From NCBI GenBank assembly GCA_016870355.1, contig VGBR01000001.1, positions 250,989 to 314,988 on the forward strand: a stretch of DNA of 64,000 nucleotides, in the 5' to 3' direction. The DNA is from Actinomycetota bacterium. GTDB lineage: Bacteria > Actinomycetota > Acidimicrobiia > IMCC26256 > PALSA-555. Of this stretch, positions 8,857-17,405 are shown one piece after another. Each line of letters opens with the position of its first letter. The first letter of the stretch is position 1. The position numbers and the translations under genes were made by a program. The notes under the pieces are model-generated. The model searched no databases and had not been told where the DNA came from. It saw only the letters and a program-made list of their open reading frames with translations.

Positions 8857-10119
8857 ATGGGGCCTGCGAAGCGTCGCGATGATCTGGAGAAGCTCGACGG
8901 AACGTGGCGCTGGGCACTCGCCGCCCTCTCCGTCGGTGGAGCGTTCGTGCACTTCGCCGTCATGGGCGAGCACTTCGACGAGAGCACTTGGCACGGCGCC
9001 TTCTTCGCGGTGACCGCGTGGTTCCAGCTCGCGTTCGCGCTCATGGTGCTGCTTCGCCCGAGTCGTCCGCTGCTTCGCATCGGGATGATCGGCAGCGCTG
9101 CGATCATTGGCGCGTGGGTCGTGTCGCGCGCCTTCGGTGTCCCGGTCGGTACCGACCCGTGGACGCCCGAGCCGGCTGCGTTCGCTGACATCCTCGCCAC
9201 GACGTTCGAGGCGCTGACGGTGGCGGGCTGCGCGGCGTTGCTGTGGTCGCGCTCCGCAGTTCGCCGCGTGGCCCCGGCCGTCGCGCTGCCCGCGGTCGGT
9301 GCACTTGGCGCCGCCGTCATGATCCTGTCGACGCTGTCGCTCGTGCCCGCGGTTGCTGGTGAGGGGCACCACCACGGCGACTCGACCGAAGCGGCCGCCG
9401 ATCACGCCCACGAGGAAGCGACCACTGGTGGCGGAGGTGTTGCACCCGAAGACCTCGCCGCGGCGGATCACCACGCCGGCTCCGGCATCGAGGCGCTCGC
9501 AGGCACCTCTCCGTGTGAGGTGAGCGGACCGCCGGTTTCAAAGGCGCAGGCCGCGGGTGGTCACGGCGAGCGCGGCCCGTCACCGCAAGAAGCGATCGAC
9601 GACCCCGCCGTGCGTGAGCTGCTCGGTCAGCAGCTCACGCTCGCGCGCACGGCCGCGGAGAAGTACCCGACAGCGCAGGACGCGGCCGCTGCTGGTTACA
9701 TCCGCGTCACCCCGTACCTTCCGTGCATCGGCGCGCACTGGATCAAGCCGTCGCTGATGGACGACACGTTCGACGTGAACGAGCCCGAGATGCTGCTCTA
9801 CGACCGCAGTGGCGAGGACGGTGAGATGGTCGGCCTGAGCTACTGGGCGCGGACGGGACCCGACGCCCCGCCTGAGGGCTTCGCCGGACCGAACGATCTC
9901 TGGCACCAGCACATCGGTCTGTGCATCGGCGCCTCGGGCGTCGTCGGCAATGAAGAGACGACGAAGGAAGAGTGCGCGCGGCGTGGTGGTCAGAAGACCG
10001 ATGGCTCCGACGCGTGGATGGTGCACGCTTGGGTCGTCCCAGGGTGGGAGAGCGCCTGGGGCCTGTTCAGCGGCGAGCACCCCGAGCTCGGCGAGCACGT
10101 CCCGCACACCACCGACTGA
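8857..10119 (+). CDS. membrane protein: N-terminal multi-TM domain, His-rich linker, C-terminal soluble domain of unknown function
   Basis: Track ORF 8821..10119, with ATG at 8857 after GGAGGG. About five hydrophobic helices, then GEGHHHGDSTEAAADHAHEE...AADHHAGSG, then a ~190-aa Cys/Trp/His-containing domain. Confidence 0.7.
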   Translation: MGPAKRRDDLEKLDGTWRWALAALSVGGAFVHFAVMGEHFDESTWHGAFFAVTAWFQLAFALMVLLRPSRPLLRIGMIGSAAIIGAWVVSRAFGVPVGTDPWTPEPAAFADILATTFEALTVAGCAALLWSRSAVRRVAPAVALPAVGALGAAVMILSTLSLVPAVAGEGHHHGDSTEAAADHAHEEATTGGGGVAPEDLAAADHHAGSGIEALAGTSPCEVSGPPVSKAQAAGGHGERGPSPQEAIDDPAVRELLGQQLTLARTAAEKYPTAQDAAAAGYIRVTPYLPCIGAHWIKPSLMDDTFDVNEPEMLLYDRSGEDGEMVGLSYWARTGPDAPPEGFAGPNDLWHQHIGLCIGASGVVGNEETTKEECARRGGQKTDGSDAWMVHAWVVPGWESAWGLFSGEHPELGEHVPHTTD

Positions 10120-10147
10120 CCTCTTCTCGCGCAATGAAGGTCCGGCC

Positions 10148-10966
10148 ATGAGGTTCGGGCTCGATGTCGCGGCACAACGCATGCCGTTCTCCGAAGTCGT
10201 CGCGCGGGCGCAGCTCGCCGACCAGGTCGGCTTCGACGGCGTGTGGGGCTTCGACCACTTCCAGCCGATGTACGGCGAGGGACCGGGCGAATGCTTCGAG
10301 GGCAACACCACGTTGGCCGCGCTGAGCGGCGTCACCTCCAAGGTGCGGCTCGGATTGTTGGTGACGGGAATGACATATCGCCACCCTGGCGTGTTCGCGG
10401 CTGAAGCCATCACGATCGACCACGCGTCGAACGGCCGGTACGAGCTCTCGTATGGCGCGGCGTGGTTCGACAAGGAGCACCACGAGCTCGGCATCCCGTT
10501 CCCTGGCTTGAAGGACCGCATCGACGCCTTCGAGGAAGCGGTGCAGATCATTCGAGGTCTGCTCACGACCGACGGCTTCACGTTCGAGGGGAAGCACTTC
10601 CAGGTTCGCGACGCGACGTTGCACCCGCGGCCGGTGCAAGACCCCCACCCACCGATCTGGATCGGGGCATCCGGCGAGAAGCGCACCATGCCGATCACGG
10701 CTCGCTACGCCGATGTGTGGCACTGCTTCGGCCCGGTGAAGCACCTGGCCCCGAAGTCGGAGCGGCTCAGCGGCATGGCCGAGGCTGCGGGTCGCGACCC
10801 GTCCGAGATCACGCGCGCGGCGTCGCTGTCGCTCGAGGACGACTGGGACGAGATGCGCTCCACCGTCGACGCGTGGAGCGACGCCGGCTTCGGCTACCTC
10901 GTGTGCGGCTGGCCACCCCAAGGCGCCGACCGCGTCAAAGAGTTCGCCGACCGCTTCCTTGCGTAG
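10148..10966 (+). CDS. LLM-class F420-dependent oxidoreductase
   Basis: Track ORF 9950..10966 trimmed to ATG at 10148 (MRFGLDVAAQRMPFSEVVARAQLADQVGFDGVWGFDHF...). Luciferase-like family. Confidence 0.85.
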   Translation: MRFGLDVAAQRMPFSEVVARAQLADQVGFDGVWGFDHFQPMYGEGPGECFEGNTTLAALSGVTSKVRLGLLVTGMTYRHPGVFAAEAITIDHASNGRYELSYGAAWFDKEHHELGIPFPGLKDRIDAFEEAVQIIRGLLTTDGFTFEGKHFQVRDATLHPRPVQDPHPPIWIGASGEKRTMPITARYADVWHCFGPVKHLAPKSERLSGMAEAAGRDPSEITRAASLSLEDDWDEMRSTVDAWSDAGFGYLVCGWPPQGADRVKEFADRFLA

Positions 10967-11045
10967 CCCCCGAAAGGCCTGACGCGGGAGAAGCCCGACA
11001 CCGGCACCGAGTCGCGCGGGCCTGCGTGCCCGGGCGACGTCGCGG

Positions 11046-11747
11046 TTAGGAGAGCGGCGACCAACTGGTGGTGCGCAAGAGGCGGCTTTCCCAGTCGTCG
11101 CGGACTCGGAGTGCGTCGTGCATCCAGGTGCCAGGGGCGCGGTACTCGGGCGGCACTTCGGTGAGCAGCAGGTTCTTCAGCCGGTCGTGATCGCTGATGC
11201 GCTGCCAGAGCACGACTTCGGCGCGGCGGCCAGCTCCCCACGCAGTCTGGAACACGGTGAGGAGCTCGAGGATCCCGCGGCCCTTCCCGTCGGAGATGCT
11301 CGGCGCGTAGTGCGTGCGCGCGGCTTCGAGGTAGTCGTCGAGCATCCCCGCGTGCGGCCACGCGGTGTCCTCCATGAACAGCGTGAGCTCGTGGTGCTGC
11401 GGTGACGTCGGTGTCTCGTCGAAGTCGACGATCGGTGGTGCCCACGGCACGGTGAGGAGCACTTTGCCGTGCACGTTGTGGCGAACCTGATCGGTGTCAC
11501 GTGCGAGTGCTCGGAGGTCCCCGTCCTGCACGCGCGCGGCGAGTCGGTCGTATGCCGCGCCGTCGCGCACGGCAGTGACGGTCGTGACCTCGTACGCACG
11601 ACCCGAACCGTGCGCCAGGTGCAAGAAGTAGAGGAGACGGGCGTCGTCGCCCTTGGCGAGCTCTGGCAGCCACCCGTCACGGAAGCACGCTTCGAACTCG
11701 TCTTCCTTCGCACCACGGACCTTGTGAACCTCATGCAGGAGGAGCAT
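11046..11747 (-). CDS. NIPSNAP-like (tandem dimeric alpha-beta barrel) protein
   Basis: 233-aa ORF with two internally similar halves of NIPSNAP/ABM-like character. It starts 5 nt after the selenoprotein stop on the same strand. Confidence 0.55.
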   Translation of the reverse strand: MLLLHEVHKVRGAKEDEFEACFRDGWLPELAKGDDARLLYFLHLAHGSGRAYEVTTVTAVRDGAAYDRLAARVQDGDLRALARDTDQVRHNVHGKVLLTVPWAPPIVDFDETPTSPQHHELTLFMEDTAWPHAGMLDDYLEAARTHYAPSISDGKGRGILELLTVFQTAWGAGRRAEVVLWQRISDHDRLKNLLLTEVPPEYRAPGTWMHDALRVRDDWESRLLRTTSWSPLS

Positions 11748-11752
11748 TGGGG

Positions 11753-12277
11753 TCAGTCGATCAGATGCCCGAGGATCTCGTCCACCGCACTGTCGGCGAG
11801 GGCACGCATCTCGTCGTCGGTCCGATCCTGGATCGGGTGCGCGACGAACACGCGCGTGGGGTCAGCACCAAGGGCCTTGGCTTGGGCGTCCGCGCCCGTG
11901 ACGAATTCATCCGACGCGACGAACACCATCGGCACACCCATCGCTTCGAGGTTCACGGTGTCGTGCACACTGCACGACGTACAGGATCCTCAGTCGGCGA
12001 GCGCCTCGATCACCACATCGCACTTCGTGGAGATCTCGTGCCGGAGGTCGATCGGCGCCGGCTTGGTGAAGGTTGGCTTCTTGAACCGTTCGACTCTCAT
12101 GCCGCGCTGCTCGAGGTGCTCCTGCACGCGGTCGAGGAACACATCACCGCGCGCCTTGCTGATGTCGAGCAACCCGACGATCTTGCCTTCGAGTGATCCC
12201 GGTCTCTTGGCGAGCTCCCGCGTCGCTGCGGTGCGCTCCGCGGTCGGGTCGAGGAGGATCCGTCCCGTCTCCGTCAT
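11753..12277 (-). CDS. UGSC-family selenoprotein (174 aa; in-frame UGA at 11990-11992 read as selenocysteine)
   Basis: Track ORFs 11990..12277 and 11753..11968 are in the same phase, separated only by a TGA and 7 sense codons (...VVIEALAD-U-GSCTSCS-VHDTVNLEAMGVP...). A hairpin follows 11 nt downstream of the TGA. ATGA overlap with the upstream gene. Confidence 0.75.
11960..11978 (-). promoter_or_regulatory. candidate bacterial SECIS stem-loop
   Basis: The mRNA reads UGA-GGAUCCUGUAC-GUCGUGCA-GUG-UGCACGAC. This is an 8-bp perfect stem (or 6 bp with a 7-nt loop) with G/U in the apex. The apex lies about 20 nt from the UGA. Confidence 0.5.
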
Positions 12278-13707
12278 GCGACCACCTCCCTCGTGACCGG
12301 TTCGCTGCCGATCGCGCCACCGACCCAGCCCCCGATGATCTCGGAGAACAGGCCCGCGCCGCCACCAGCGTGCACGATCAGCAGCCCGCCGTCCCGGAAC
12401 TTCGGCAACACCGTGTCAGCGAAGCCTTCGGGCATGCCCTCGGTGATGCCGCCGGCGCCCCTGATGAGCTCGGTGCCTGGGATCTGGAGGAGTGTGCCGA
12501 GCTCCTCGTGAAGGCGGGCCCGTGACCATCCGGCCTGCCTGAACACCCGTGAGTGCTCCGGACCGATCACGAGCGTGGCGTCGATCGCGACCACCGTCTT
12601 GGGGTGCGCCACTGTGCGCAGGCACGCGGCGTACGTGCGGACCAAGGAATCGGCCTCGCGCGACAGCTGGTCGACGACGACCCGCGGTCCTTCGCCGGCG
12701 AACACCGTGACGGCGGACTGATCGGACGCGAAGCCGCGTGACACGTGCAGTGGCTCCCACGGCGACCCGGTCTCGTCTTCTGCGAAGCAGAACGTGAACT
12801 TGCCGGGGTTCCCGTGCGCGGCTCGGTCGACCTCTCCGGGCCGTCCGCCTCCCACGTTTCGGATGACGAGCTGAAGCGCGCGCCCAATGGTCGCGTTGGC
12901 GCGATTCCCTTGCCCGAGCACGTTGCCGCCGGAGTTCATGCCGATGGCCCGCGTGATCGGGCCGTTCACGATGACGACCGGGCCGACCGGCATCGTCGTC
13001 GCGAGCACACCGTGGATGTTGAACTCCTCGGTGCACGCGGCTTCGACCGCAGCAAGCACGACCGGTAGGTACTCGGGCCGACAGCCGGCCATGACCGCGT
13101 TGATCGCAACCTTCTCCACCGTGCACTCGGTGAGATCGGGAGGGACGACCGCGACGACGTCGTCAGGGTTGCGTGTCGTGCCCGTGAGGAGATGCGCGAC
13201 GCGTTCTGGTGTTGGTGGCACGAGCGGAAGCCCGTCGCTCCACCCTCGCTCGAACATTGCTTCCATTTCGTCCTCGTGCGCGCCCAGCTCGACGCGTCGC
13301 GAGCGGAGCTGCGCCGCGCCCAGCGCGGCTGCGCGCGCGGCGGCGATGTCGGGGTCCTGGGTCTTCGAGCCGCAGCCGGGGCGGTGAGACGGCAATCCCT
13401 CGCCGAGTCCCGATCGGCCGGTGAACGACTCCCACTCGTCGCGGCTCCATCCAACGATGCGCGCGACCTCCTTTCCTGACTCGACGCGCAGCACCGTCGG
13501 CACGGTGTCGAGATCGAGTGCGAACGACATCGTGAGCGACGTGTCGTCGACCGGGTCGAGGCCTTCGGGGAATGCGGCGTCGTCCTGGGTGTAGATCGTC
13601 AGCCGGTCCGACTCCGCGAGCTCTTCCAGTACGGGGACCACGAGCTGGCAGGTCGGGCAGTCACGCTTCACGACGGCAACCAGCCCGTCGGGAAGCGAGG
13701 GAGTCAC
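12274..13707 (-). CDS. thioredoxin-fold (CPTC) domain fused to a large uncharacterised conserved domain
   Basis: Track ORF 12274..14202 trimmed to GTG at 13707 (GTGA overlap with the serC stop). The N-terminus LVAVVKRDCPTCQLVVPVLEEL is Trx-like. The C-terminal ~340 aa carry motifs GWSDGLPLVPPT, AINAVMAGC and RANATIGRAL, with no function I can assign. Confidence 0.75.
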   Translation of the reverse strand: MTPSLPDGLVAVVKRDCPTCQLVVPVLEELAESDRLTIYTQDDAAFPEGLDPVDDTSLTMSFALDLDTVPTVLRVESGKEVARIVGWSRDEWESFTGRSGLGEGLPSHRPGCGSKTQDPDIAAARAAALGAAQLRSRRVELGAHEDEMEAMFERGWSDGLPLVPPTPERVAHLLTGTTRNPDDVVAVVPPDLTECTVEKVAINAVMAGCRPEYLPVVLAAVEAACTEEFNIHGVLATTMPVGPVVIVNGPITRAIGMNSGGNVLGQGNRANATIGRALQLVIRNVGGGRPGEVDRAAHGNPGKFTFCFAEDETGSPWEPLHVSRGFASDQSAVTVFAGEGPRVVVDQLSREADSLVRTYAACLRTVAHPKTVVAIDATLVIGPEHSRVFRQAGWSRARLHEELGTLLQIPGTELIRGAGGITEGMPEGFADTVLPKFRDGGLLIVHAGGGAGLFSEIIGGWVGGAIGSEPVTREVVA

Positions 13708-14831
13708 TTCTGGAGTGCCGCGACGATGTGATCGATCGCGCGCGTGAGGATCTCGAGGTCGCTGGTCTCGATCGCAGGGAACATCGCGATGCGCAGCTGG
13801 TTGCGACCGAGCTTGCGGTACGACTCGACATCGACGATGCCATTCGCGCGCAGCGCAGCCGCGAGGTCGTCGGCCTCGACGCCCTCGAAGTCGATCGTCG
13901 CCGTCACCGGGCTCCGCTCGGACGGCTTCTGCACGAAGGGCGTCGCAAACGCGCTGGCGTCGGCCCAGCCGTAGACGACGTTCGCAGATGCCGCGGTGCG
14001 CTTGGCCATGCCCGCGAGGCCGCCATTGGCGAGCATCCACTGGATCGTGTCCTCGAGCAGGAACAGGGTCGCCAGTGCCGGCGTGTTGTAGGTCTGATCT
14101 AGGCGTGAGTTCTCGAGCGCGATCAGGAGGCTGAGCGACGGTGGTTGCCAACGGTCCGTCGCGGCAATGCGTTCGATGCGCGCGATCGCCGCGGGTGAGC
14201 ACAACGCAAGCCAGAGGCCGCCCTCGCTCGCGAAGGCCTTCTGGGGCGCAAAGTAGTAGGTGTCGACCTGTGTGAGGTCAACCGCGATGCCGCCCGCCGC
14301 AGAGGTTGCATCAACGATCAGCAGGCGATCGGCTGACCGCCCGTCGGGTGCCTCGACGGGCATCGTGACGCCCGTCGACGTCTCGTTGTGCGCCATCGCG
14401 AACGTGTCGGCGTCCGATCCCTTCCACGCAGGGTGCGTGCCCGGTGGTGATTCCACGATGATCGGATCCTCGAGGTGCGGCGCGCCGCGGGTGACGGCGG
14501 CGAACTTGGCCGTGAACTCACCGAAGGAGAGGTGCTCGCTCTGGCGCTCGATGAGGCCGAACGCGGCGGCGTCCCAGAACGCGGTCGTGCCACCGTTGCC
14601 GAGGAGCACCTCGTATCCGTCGGGAAGCGAGTACAGATCGGCGAGCCCCTGCTTGATGCGACGGACCACCACGCGCACGCCCTCGCGACGATGGCTCGTG
14701 CCGAGGTAGGTGGGAGCCGCGGCAGCAAGTCGCTGCACTGCGTCGGTGCGCACCTTCGACGGGCCGGACCCGAAGCGCCCGTCGGACGGCCGCAGGTCGT
14801 CGGGGAGCTGGATCGCGGCGGGGTCGGGCAT
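13704..14831 (-). CDS. serC: phosphoserine aminotransferase
   Basis: 375-aa ORF of the actinobacterial SerC type (RFGSGPSKVR...LGTSHRREGV...YFAPQKAFASEGGLW). Confidence 0.9.
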   Translation of the reverse strand: MPDPAAIQLPDDLRPSDGRFGSGPSKVRTDAVQRLAAAAPTYLGTSHRREGVRVVVRRIKQGLADLYSLPDGYEVLLGNGGTTAFWDAAAFGLIERQSEHLSFGEFTAKFAAVTRGAPHLEDPIIVESPPGTHPAWKGSDADTFAMAHNETSTGVTMPVEAPDGRSADRLLIVDATSAAGGIAVDLTQVDTYYFAPQKAFASEGGLWLALCSPAAIARIERIAATDRWQPPSLSLLIALENSRLDQTYNTPALATLFLLEDTIQWMLANGGLAGMAKRTAASANVVYGWADASAFATPFVQKPSERSPVTATIDFEGVEADDLAAALRANGIVDVESYRKLGRNQLRIAMFPAIETSDLEILTRAIDHIVAALQK

Positions 14832-14856
14832 CGCTGTCGAGGCTACCGGGGCTACC

Positions 14857-15189
14857 TCACGAGGCCTCGACCGATTGCTTGAACCGGTCGGCCGGGCGGC
14901 CCGTCTCGTCCTCGTACCAGCGCGGGCGCATGGTGCGCGCCCAGCGCGCGGTCACCGTGCCTCGGCGCATGCCGTGCATAGCGTCGGGATCGCGGATTGC
15001 GAGGAACACGTGCGCGCCGACCGAGATCCAGATCAGGAGTGCGAACCAGTCGTGGACGAACGTTGCGCCGACGCGCCAGTCGAGCGGCACGATCGAGAAC
15101 CACTTGAGCATCACGCCGCTGCCGAGCATGACGACGATCGCGGCGCCGAGGAGCACTGCGTTGAGCTTCTGTCCTGGATTGAACTTGCC
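14857..15189 (-). pseudogene. cytochrome b (Ni_hydr_CYTB / b561-like) C-terminal fragment
   Basis: Only the last ~111 aa of track ORF 14857..15462 look protein-like (GKFNPGQKLNAVLLGAAIVVMLGSGVM...ATFVHDWFALLIWISVGAHVFLAIRDPDAMHGMRRG). That is two of the four expected helices. The upstream in-frame sequence is Arg/Pro-rich junk. Confidence 0.55.
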
Positions 15190-15512
15190 GCGCGCGCGGC
15201 GATCTCCATCGCCGCGCGCATCTTGCTGCCCTTCGGTAAGCGCACCCGCTTCACGTGGTGCGAGAGATCGAAGTCGGGATCCGCCGACCACGCCGGTGGA
15301 CCGACGCGCACCGCCGGTTCGACGACGCGCTGGCGCATGCGCGGGATGAGGCGGGTGCTGCGCTTGAGTCGTTCGAGCACGCGCTTCCACGACGGCGCTT
15401 TGTCGAGCACCAGGAGCACGACGATCGGCGACCGCAGGTGCGGATCGCGCTCGATGTTCCACATGAGCGTGTCCGCGTCGCCCATCGCGTGGTCGAAGGT
15501 GTCGTCCGCCAT
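15111..15512 (-). pseudogene. wax ester synthase/diacylglycerol acyltransferase (WS/DGAT) N-terminal fragment
   Basis: The first ~110 aa match the WS/DGAT N-terminal pattern (DTLMWNIERDP...IPRMRQRVV...GPPAWSADPDFDLSHHVKRVRLPKGS). The catalytic HHxxxDG region and the remaining ~350 aa are missing. The reading frame decays into the cytochrome b fragment near 15185. Confidence 0.55.
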
Positions 15513-15517
15513 GGCCG

Positions 15518-16216
15518 TCAGTTGCTCAGGTACCGGGAGCTCGTCGGCGAGAGATCCGCGTCGAGCTCGTAGACGAGTGGAACGCCGGTGGGGATGTTGA
15601 GCTCCAGCACCTCCTCCTCGGAGAGTCGGTCGAGATGCATCACGAGCGCGCGCAGCGAGTTCCCGTGCGCGACCACGAACACGGTCCGACCTTCACGGAG
15701 GTCACCAGCGATGTGGTCGTGCCAGTACGGGAGCATCCGCGCGACGACATCCTCGAGACTTTCGCAGTGAGGGAGCGCGTCATCGGGCACCTCGGCGTAC
15801 AGAGGCTCCTTGCGCTGGGCGACCCACGCGTCGTCGGTGATCGGGGGCGGGCGGGTGGCGTATGAGCGCCGCCACTGCTTGACCTGCTCGTCGCCGTACT
15901 TCGCCGCCGTCTCGGCCTTGTCGAGCCCCTGAAGCGCGCCGTAGTGGCGCTCGTTCAGGCGCCACGACCGCGTCACCGGCACGTCGCCGTTGCCGATCCG
16001 CATCTCCTTGAGCGCGAGCTCAACAGTCCGGATGGCGCGCTTCTGGAGCGAGGTGTGCACGAGGTCCGGCACGAGGCCCGCGTCACGGAGCCGTTGCCCG
16101 GCCGCGCTCGCCTCGGCCTCACCCTGGGGGCTCAGGTCGACGTCGACCCATCCAGTGAAGAGGTTCGCGAGGTTCCACTCGCTCTGCCCGTGACGCAGGA
16201 GCGCCAGCGTCGCCAT
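15518..16216 (-). CDS. gpmA: 2,3-bisphosphoglycerate-dependent phosphoglycerate mutase
   Basis: [29 protein letters not shown]...[12 protein letters not shown]. Canonical RHG and histidine-phosphatase motifs. Confidence 0.92.
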   Translation of the reverse strand: MATLALLRHGQSEWNLANLFTGWVDVDLSPQGEAEASAAGQRLRDAGLVPDLVHTSLQKRAIRTVELALKEMRIGNGDVPVTRSWRLNERHYGALQGLDKAETAAKYGDEQVKQWRRSYATRPPPITDDAWVAQRKEPLYAEVPDDALPHCESLEDVVARMLPYWHDHIAGDLREGRTVFVVAHGNSLRALVMHLDRLSEEEVLELNIPTGVPLVYELDADLSPTSSRYLSN

Positions 16217-16247
16217 GGGGTGAGCCTCGCGGCCGCTGCCGCGGCGA

Positions 16248-17405
16248 TCAAGCCGGCGCGTCGGGCGTCGGGGCGATCATCGGACCGCGGGGCATGGGCG
16301 CGGTCGTGGTGGTGGTCGGTGGGAGGGTGGTCGACGTCGTGCTCGTCGACGTGGTGCTCGTCGTCGGCCCGGTGCGCTGCCACGACGTGAGGTCGAACGC
16401 CTCGTTCAGCGCCGCGAGCACTGCGTTGGCGATGATGTCGGCACCGGGCCGCTCGAAGTGGATGCCGTCGCCGGTACGCACCTTCACGAGCGATCCGCCC
16501 GGCCAGACCAAGAAGTCGGCGTAGCCGCCGTCGGGTCCAGCGAGCAGCGCGGCGGTGTCAACGTAGAACACGCGTCCCTCCCGCTTCGCGGCCTCCTGCT
16601 TCACGATGTCGTTGATCAGCTTGTAGCGCGTCTCGTAGCGAGTCACGTTCCGCATCTGCGGGATGCCGATCCAGAGGAGCGTGATGTCGCCGGTTCCGGT
16701 CATGGAGTCCATGAGACCGCCGACGCGTCGCCGGTACTCCTCGATCCACGCCGGACTCCCCAGCGATCCGACGCCACCAACACCCGTCAACGCCTGGTCA
16801 TCGTTCGACCCGATCGTCAGGACCATCACGTCGGGCGCGAAGCTCGCCACGACCGACTGGAGGTAGCCGGGCCAGTTGAACACCTCGGGGCGCGCGAGGC
16901 CCGTCGCCACGTGCCCGTCGACCGTGCGCACGTTGCCGATGACCTGCGTCGCCACTGCCTGGTTGATGACGGACTCGCCAGGTGTGACCGAGAGCGAGTC
17001 GCCGCCGACCCAGAGTCGTGCCGGCTGCGCGGGCGTGAACGCCAACTTCTTCTCGGGACTCGGGATCGTGGTGTCGGTCTCGATCGTCGGGCTCGGCAGC
17101 GTGAGATCGACGCCGTCGTCGTCACCGCGACCGATGAGCTCTTGGAGACCGAGGCGGATCCGATCGATGTACAACGCGTGGCTCACGTCGTAGAGCGGGT
17201 CGGCGAACGTCGTCGCGACGTCGCGCTCGGTGCCGACGTCCTGGCTGAGCGCCGTCTTGCGGATGCCCGGCGCGTTGAGCAGACCTCCGACGAGGAGGCA
17301 CACGAGTCCCACGATCCACACATGGCCGACCGACATCATGCGGCGATCGGGATCGTCGTGACGATCGGCCTGACGCGTGGCGCGGATGCGGGTGTCGTCC
17401 GGCAT
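16248..17405 (-). CDS. SGNH/GDSL hydrolase-type (DUF459-like) protein with an N-terminal TM and a Thr/Ser/Pro-rich C-terminal tail
   Basis: 385-aa ORF with LWVGGDSL (block I GDS), TIGSNDDQ and DGIHF blocks. Tail [30 protein letters not shown] overlap with the upstream MBOAT gene. Confidence 0.75.
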   Translation of the reverse strand: MPDDTRIRATRQADRHDDPDRRMMSVGHVWIVGLVCLLVGGLLNAPGIRKTALSQDVGTERDVATTFADPLYDVSHALYIDRIRLGLQELIGRGDDDGVDLTLPSPTIETDTTIPSPEKKLAFTPAQPARLWVGGDSLSVTPGESVINQAVATQVIGNVRTVDGHVATGLARPEVFNWPGYLQSVVASFAPDVMVLTIGSNDDQALTGVGGVGSLGSPAWIEEYRRRVGGLMDSMTGTGDITLLWIGIPQMRNVTRYETRYKLINDIVKQEAAKREGRVFYVDTAALLAGPDGGYADFLVWPGGSLVKVRTGDGIHFERPGADIIANAVLAALNEAFDLTSWQRTGPTTSTTSTSTTSTTLPPTTTTTAPMPRGPMIAPTPDAPA

